From NCBI GenBank assembly GCA_963793265.1, contig CAWBZI010000006.1, positions 544,001 to 608,000 of the forward strand: a stretch of 64,000 bases of DNA, given 5' to 3'. The translations under genes and the position numbers were made by a program. The notes under the pieces were generated by a model that had not been told where the DNA came from, did no database searches, and worked only from the letters and a program-made list of their open reading frames with translations. Positions 58,741 through 64,000 of this stretch are shown here, piece after piece (position 1 is the first letter of the stretch; each line of letters starts with the position of its first letter). The DNA is from an uncultured cyanobacterium (GTDB lineage: Bacteria > Cyanobacteriota > Cyanobacteriia > Phormidesmidales > Phormidesmidaceae).

Positions 58741-61700
58741 TCAGCCGCCACTGACGCGAGCGATATCTCGCGCATTCTCTTCAAAGGCCGCAGACATCGC
58801 CTCGTCATTACTCAGCCCGTCTGCTAATGCCTTCTGAATATGCTGCAACACCCGCTTATAGTCGCGAGGCATCACTTTCACAAATTTCGGCAAAGTCGCC
58901 TCCCAATTTTCTAAAAGAGACTTGGCTTTACCGCTTCCTGTGTAGTCAACATGACGCTGAATAATATCTCGCAGCTCCTGACTTTCGCCCGTTGTCTCAA
59001 CGCACTCTAGCCCGACCATTTCGGTATTACAGCGGCTTGCAAAGTCTCCGACTTCATCAAGCACGTAAGCCACGCCGCCGCTCATCCCGGCTGCAAAATT
59101 ACGACCCGTTAGGCCCAAGATAATCGCCTTGCCGCCAGTCATATACTCACAGCCATGGTCGCCCACGCCTTCGACAACTGCCGTAGCCCCAGAGTTACGA
59201 ACGCAGAAGCGCTCGCCCGCCATACCGTTGATATAGGCTTCGCCGCTAGTCGCACCGTACAAAGCAACGTTACCAGCGATGATGTTCTCTTCGGGCACCA
59301 GCGTAGAGGCTTTGGCAGGATAGAGGACAATCTTGCCGCCGCTAAGCCCCTTGCCGAGGTAGTCATTGGTATCGCCCTCTAGCTCCAGGGTCATTCCCTT
59401 CGGCGTAAAGGCTCCAAAGCTTTGACCGGCGGTACCTTCAAAGTGCAGATGCACGGTATCTTCGGGCAAGCCTTCTTCGTGGTTTTTAGTAATTTCATTC
59501 CCCACAATCGTACCAACAACACGGTGAATGTTGCGGATAGGCAGCTTGGCTTTCACCTTTTCACCGCGCTCAATGGCAGGCTTACAAATCTCTAGTAGCT
59601 GAGTCATATCAAGAGATTTGTCTAAGCCATGGTTTTGAGCTTCGGTGCAGTAGCGGCCAATCTCAGGGCCAACATCAGGCTTGTGCAGCAAAGCAGAAAG
59701 GTCAATGCCTCTTGCTTTCCAGTGGTCAATGGCGGTTTTAGCAGCGAGCACGTCGGTACGACCAACCATTTCATTAAGCGAGCGGAAACCTAACTCGGCC
59801 ATGATTTCACGGGTTTCTTGCGCGATAAACTTCATGAAGTTGACGGCGTGTTCGGGGTCACCTTTGAACTGCTTGCGCAGCTCGGGGTTTTGAGTAGCCA
59901 CACCGACCGGGCAGGTGTTGAGGTGGCAAACGCGCATCATGATACAGCCGAGGCTGACTAAAGGCGCGGTGGAGAAGCCGAATTCTTCTGCACCGAGGAG
60001 AGCAGCGATCGCAACATCCCGTCCCGTCTTCATCTGCCCATCCGTCTCAATCACAATCCGGCTGCGCAAGTTATTCAGCACCAACGTCTGATGCGTCTCC
60101 GCCAAGCCCAGCTCCCAGGGCAAACCCGCGTGCTTAATCGAAGTCTGCGGCGAAGCGCCCGTACCGCCATCAAACCCAGACACCAGCACCACGTCCGCGT
60201 GCGCTTTAGCCACACCGGCAGCAATGGTACCTACACCGACTTCAGACACCAGCTTGACGCTGACTCGCGCCTCCCGGTTTGCATTCTTCAGGTCATGAAT
60301 CAGCTCAGCCAAATCTTCAATCGAGTAGATGTCATGGTGCGGTGGCGGTGAGATCAAACCCACACCCGGCGTAGAGTTCCGAACTTTCGCAATCCACGGA
60401 TACACCTTCTTACCGGGTAGCTGCCCGCCTTCACCAGGCTTAGCCCCCTGTGCCATCTTGATCTGGATCTCTTTGGCCTTAGAAAGGTACAGGCTGCTCA
60501 CGCCAAATCGACCCGAGGCGACCTGTTTAATCGCGCTGTTTTTAGAGTCTCCTCTTTCATTCGTCCAGGTGTAGCGAGCGGGATCTTCACCGCCTTCACC
60601 TGTATTAGAGCGGCCACCGATGCGGTTCATTGCGATCGCTAACGTCTCATGCGCTTCTTGCGAAATCGACCCGTAGCTCATCGCCCCGGTCTTAAACCGG
60701 CTCATAATCGCATCAACAGACTCCACCTCTTCAATCGGTACGGGCTCTTGAGGCTGAAAGTCCAACAGATCGCGCAGCCTAAAGAAGTTCTTACCCTGCT
60801 CATTCACCAGCAGCGCGTACTTCTTATACAGCTCATAGTCACCGTCTCTCGTCGCCTTTTGCAACAGGTGAATACTCTGCGGGCTGAGCAAATGAGCCTC
60901 GCCATCCTTGCGCCACTGATACTCACCACCTGCTTCCAAGGTCGCTGCGTTCTTAGTTTCAGAAGTCGGCCTGTCGGGGAAAGCATGGCGATGACGCATA
61001 ATCGCCTCTTGCGCGAGCACGTCTAAGCCGACGCCCTGAATGCGAGAAGCCGTCCAGGTGAAGTACTTGTTCGTCACCGATTCATTCAGGCCAATCGCCT
61101 CAAAAATCTGCGCTCCCCGGTAGCTCTGAATGGTCGAAATCCCAATCTTCGCCGCGATCTTAACAACGCCTTTAGTCGCCGCCTTAATGTAGTTCTTACA
61201 AGCCGCTTTGAATTCCACATCACGCAGCAGATTCTCGTCAATCATGCGCTGGAAAGTCTCGAAGGCCATGTAGGGATTAATCGCCCCACAGCCATAGCCC
61301 AACAGCACTGCGAAGTGGTGCACCTCGCGCGGCTCACCAGATTCCAACACAATGCCGACGCGCGTACGTGTGCCCGTCCGAATTAGATGGTGATGCAGCC
61401 CTGCGACTGCAAGCAAAGCTGGAATTGGCGCACGATTTTGAGCGATGTCACGATCAGAGAGAACTAAAATCTCCTTACCTGCTTCAATCTCTTCATCGGC
61501 CTTCATGCATAGCGCTTCAATCGCACCTGCCAGTCCTGCTTCGCCTGTATCAGGATCGAACAAAATAGGCAGCACGGACGTTTTGAACTCGCTGTTATGC
61601 TTTATTTTAGCCAGCTCGCTATTAGTGATAAAAGGCGTTTTGAGCTGAAGCAAGTGACAGCTCTCAGGTGTGGGCTCTAACAGATTTCGCTCCGAACCTA

Positions 61701-63387
61701 TGGTTGTTGTTGCAGAAGTGATAATCGCCTCTCTAATCGAGTCGATAGGCGGATTAGTTACCTGAGCAAAAAGTTGTTGAAAGTAGTTGTAAAGCAGCTT
61801 TGGCCGGTTAGAAAGCACAGGCAGAGGTGTATCTGTACCCATTGCCCCAATCGCTTCTACAGCATTTTTACCCATCGGGGCAAGCAGCATCCGCAGCTCT
61901 TCAAACGTGTAGCCAAAGGCAATTTGCCGCTGCGTAACCGTATCAGCATCCGCTTTCACCATCGCCTCTTCAGGCGCATCCGGTAGCTGCTCTAGCTCAA
62001 CTAAGTTCTCATCTAGCCACTTTTGGTAGGGCTTTGCTGAGGTAATCTGTTGCTTAATTTCTTCATCGGGCACAATTCGCCCTGCTTTGGTATCCACCAG
62101 AAACATTTTGCCGGGCTCTAACCGACCTTTTCGCACCACGTCTTCAGGCGGAATATCCAACACACCTGCTTCAGAAGCCATCACCACCAAATCGTCTTTA
62201 GTGACATAGTAGCGGCCAGGACGAAGACCGTTTCTATCGAGTACCGCGCCCATTTGAGTGCCGTCTGTAAAGGCAATCGAAGCCGGGCCGTCCCAGGGCT
62301 CAATCAGGCAAGAGTGATACTCGTAAAACGCTTTTTTCTGCGCGTCCATCGTCTCATGACCAGACCAGGGTTCGGGCACCATCATCATCAGAGAATGGGG
62401 GAGCGACCTGCCACTGAGCGCCAGCATCTCCAACGTGTTATCAAAAATCGTCGAGTCACTGCCGTCTATATTAATTAGCGGCTTAGCCTTCTCAAGATCC
62501 TCACCAAACAGATCCGACTCAAGCATGGACTGACGCGCTGTCATCCAGTTAATATTGCCGCGCAGGGTGTTGATTTCGCCGTTGTGCGCAATGTAGCGGT
62601 AGGGGTGCGATCGCTCCCAGCTCGGAAACGTATTCGTACTAAAGCGCGAGTGCACCAGTGAAATCGCACTCTCCATCTCAGGATCGTTCAAATCCGGGTA
62701 GTACTTCGCCACCTGCTCGGGCATCAACATGCCCTTATACACAATCGTGCGACACGACACGCTTGCTACATACCAATAGTTGCGATCGCCTGCCCCCCGA
62801 ATAGCCCGATGCGCCAGCTTCCGCACCAGATAAAGCTTCCGCTCTAGCCCTAACTCATCCAAATCATTCAACCGGCCCTTACCAATAAAAGCCTGTTGCA
62901 TAAACGGCTCACTCGCCTGCGCTGTCGGCCCCAAAGATGCATTATCAGTCGGCACGTCTCGCCAACCGAGCACTTCCAATCCGGCCTCAGCGACGACCGT
63001 CTCAAACTTTTTACGCCCTTCAGCCCGCACTTGCGCATTCGGACTTGCATAGATCATGGCGACGCCATACTGCCCTGGTGCTGGCAGCTCAAACCCTTCT
63101 GCTGCGGCCTCTTTCGCCATAAACTTGTGCGGAATTTGCAGCAAGATCCCTGCGCCGTCGCCCGTATTTGGCTCAGCGCCCACAGCACCTCTGTGATCTA
63201 AGTTCAGCAATACGGTCAGCCCTTGCTGCACAATGTCATGAGAGGTTTTGCCTTTCATTTGCACGACAAAGCCGACACCGCAAGCGTCGTGCTCATGAGC
63301 GGGATCGTAAAGACCTTGCTTTAGGGGCTGTTGTTGGGGCGGGAATTGGTTTATGGGGCTATTGGGAGATTGAACGGAAAGAGCCAT
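58741..63387 (-). CDS. gltB: Glutamate synthase large subunit
   Basis: [31 protein letters not shown] and [12 protein letters not shown] motifs. Confidence 0.97.
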   Translation of the reverse strand: MALSVQSPNSPINQFPPQQQPLKQGLYDPAHEHDACGVGFVVQMKGKTSHDIVQQGLTVLLNLDHRGAVGAEPNTGDGAGILLQIPHKFMAKEAAAEGFELPAPGQYGVAMIYASPNAQVRAEGRKKFETVVAEAGLEVLGWRDVPTDNASLGPTAQASEPFMQQAFIGKGRLNDLDELGLERKLYLVRKLAHRAIRGAGDRNYWYVASVSCRTIVYKGMLMPEQVAKYYPDLNDPEMESAISLVHSRFSTNTFPSWERSHPYRYIAHNGEINTLRGNINWMTARQSMLESDLFGEDLEKAKPLINIDGSDSTIFDNTLEMLALSGRSLPHSLMMMVPEPWSGHETMDAQKKAFYEYHSCLIEPWDGPASIAFTDGTQMGAVLDRNGLRPGRYYVTKDDLVVMASEAGVLDIPPEDVVRKGRLEPGKMFLVDTKAGRIVPDEEIKQQITSAKPYQKWLDENLVELEQLPDAPEEAMVKADADTVTQRQIAFGYTFEELRMLLAPMGKNAVEAIGAMGTDTPLPVLSNRPKLLYNYFQQLFAQVTNPPIDSIREAIITSATTTIGSERNLLEPTPESCHLLQLKTPFITNSELAKIKHNSEFKTSVLPILFDPDTGEAGLAGAIEALCMKADEEIEAGKEILVLSDRDIAQNRAPIPALLAVAGLHHHLIRTGTRTRVGIVLESGEPREVHHFAVLLGYGCGAINPYMAFETFQRMIDENLLRDVEFKAACKNYIKAATKGVVKIAAKIGISTIQSYRGAQIFEAIGLNESVTNKYFTWTASRIQGVGLDVLAQEAIMRHRHAFPDRPTSETKNAATLEAGGEYQWRKDGEAHLLSPQSIHLLQKATRDGDYELYKKYALLVNEQGKNFFRLRDLLDFQPQEPVPIEEVESVDAIMSRFKTGAMSYGSISQEAHETLAIAMNRIGGRSNTGEGGEDPARYTWTNERGDSKNSAIKQVASGRFGVSSLYLSKAKEIQIKMAQGAKPGEGGQLPGKKVYPWIAKVRNSTPGVGLISPPPHHDIYSIEDLAELIHDLKNANREARVSVKLVSEVGVGTIAAGVAKAHADVVLVSGFDGGTGASPQTSIKHAGLPWELGLAETHQTLVLNNLRSRIVIETDGQMKTGRDVAIAALLGAEEFGFSTAPLVSLGCIMMRVCHLNTCPVGVATQNPELRKQFKGDPEHAVNFMKFIAQETREIMAELGFRSLNEMVGRTDVLAAKTAIDHWKARGIDLSALLHKPDVGPEIGRYCTEAQNHGLDKSLDMTQLLEICKPAIERGEKVKAKLPIRNIHRVVGTIVGNEITKNHEEGLPEDTVHLHFEGTAGQSFGAFTPKGMTLELEGDTNDYLGKGLSGGKIVLYPAKASTLVPEENIIAGNVALYGATSGEAYINGMAGERFCVRNSGATAVVEGVGDHGCEYMTGGKAIILGLTGRNFAAGMSGGVAYVLDEVGDFASRCNTEMVGLECVETTGESQELRDIIQRHVDYTGSGKAKSLLENWEATLPKFVKVMPRDYKRVLQHIQKALADGLSNDEAMSAAFEENARDIARVSGG

Positions 63388-63759
63388 CGCAAAAAAACCA
63401 GAAAAAGTGGAGGACTGTTCTCAAGGCAAGTTGATTACAGATAAAGAATCCACGACAGAAGAACTGCTGTGGATAGATGCCGAGCGGATAACGCCCGTTG
63501 TAAAAGGCATTTACCTTTCAGGGTTATCTATTGTCTCTCATTCAAGAGGAGGAGGATACTTGCCTTAATAAAAACTGTAGATGCCGTAATAAAAACACCG
63601 AAAATGTTACAAAACATCTCCGTAGTGCTTTTTTAGACACTCATAGCGTCAGGCGTCGCCCTGTAAAATTCTGGTAGGTAGGCTACTTTTTAAGATTGTC
63701 TTAGGAGTTGGCACGTCTTGCCATCATTACGCCCTCCGGCCTCTTCATGCCCCCCAGCT

Positions 63760-63999
63760 TCACACCGCCAAGAACTTCTGAATCACATCGCCGCTGAGCT
63801 GACTCGCCTCTCCCGAGGCTACAATCCCGCCTTTCTGCATGGCGTAGTAATAGTCAGCCTGCTGCGCAAAATGCAAATGCTGCTCTACTAATAAAACTGA
63901 GACACCGCTAGTTTCTACAATTTGGCGCACGGCGTTTTCAATGTCGAGAATAATAGAGGGCTGAATGCCTTCGGTGGGTTCGTCGAGTACGAGCAGCTT
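63760..63999 (-). CDS. urtE: Urea ABC transporter ATP-binding subunit, 3' end (not in the ORF track)
   Basis: Reads KLLVLDEPTEGIQPSIILDIE...VLLVEQHLHF...YYAMQKGGIVASG...FLAV*. Confidence 0.88.
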   Translation of the reverse strand, partial: KLLVLDEPTEGIQPSIILDIENAVRQIVETSGVSVLLVEQHLHFAQQADYYYAMQKGGIVASGEASQLSGDVIQKFLAV

Positions 64000-64000
64000 T

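Noticed and set aside
57972..58808. 278-aa alternative-frame ORF over gltD/gltB, and many other 60-160 aa antisense ORFs
   Set aside because: These are shadow ORFs of well-supported genes with no recognisable motifs.
1..64000. Very frequent GCGATCGC octamer
   Set aside because: This is the known cyanobacterial HIP1 sequence; useful for taxonomy but not novel.

Overview
This is cyanobacterial chromosomal DNA, judging from the very frequent HIP1 octamer GCGATCGC and from ndhS, ccmK3/ccmK4 and chlD. The style suggests a Leptolyngbya/Phormidesmis/Synechococcus PCC 7335-like organism (inference only). Core genes are the 3' end of rodA, a partial urease cluster (ureA-ureB-ureG-ureD), ndhS, a peptide ABC transporter, ccmK3/K4, chlD, a phosphomutase, gltB-gltD and the 3' end of urtE. 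Accessory loci are interspersed, and the most notable are: (i) a K+ channel/DUF1190-like lipoprotein/Gsp-synthetase-like ATP-grasp operon with an added ferritin-like di-iron enzyme; (ii) a RelE-like ORF coupled to a Shedu (DUF4263)-type nuclease that is frameshifted by an exact 10-bp tandem duplication; (iii) two copies of a ~160-bp TIR-bounded MITE with TWA target duplications that carries GTAG-type REP hairpins; (iv) an orphan PhnD-like lipoprotein with degenerate chemoreceptors around a secreted phosphatase-like gene; (v) two metacaspase fusions, one a STAND-WD40 protein; (vi) three antitoxin-like genes without adjacent cognate toxins; (vii) a glycosyltransferase/DNA-repair cluster with a shared upstream motif. 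I saw no CRISPR array, rRNA, tRNA or intact transposase. All family calls come from motif recognition by eye, not from database searches.
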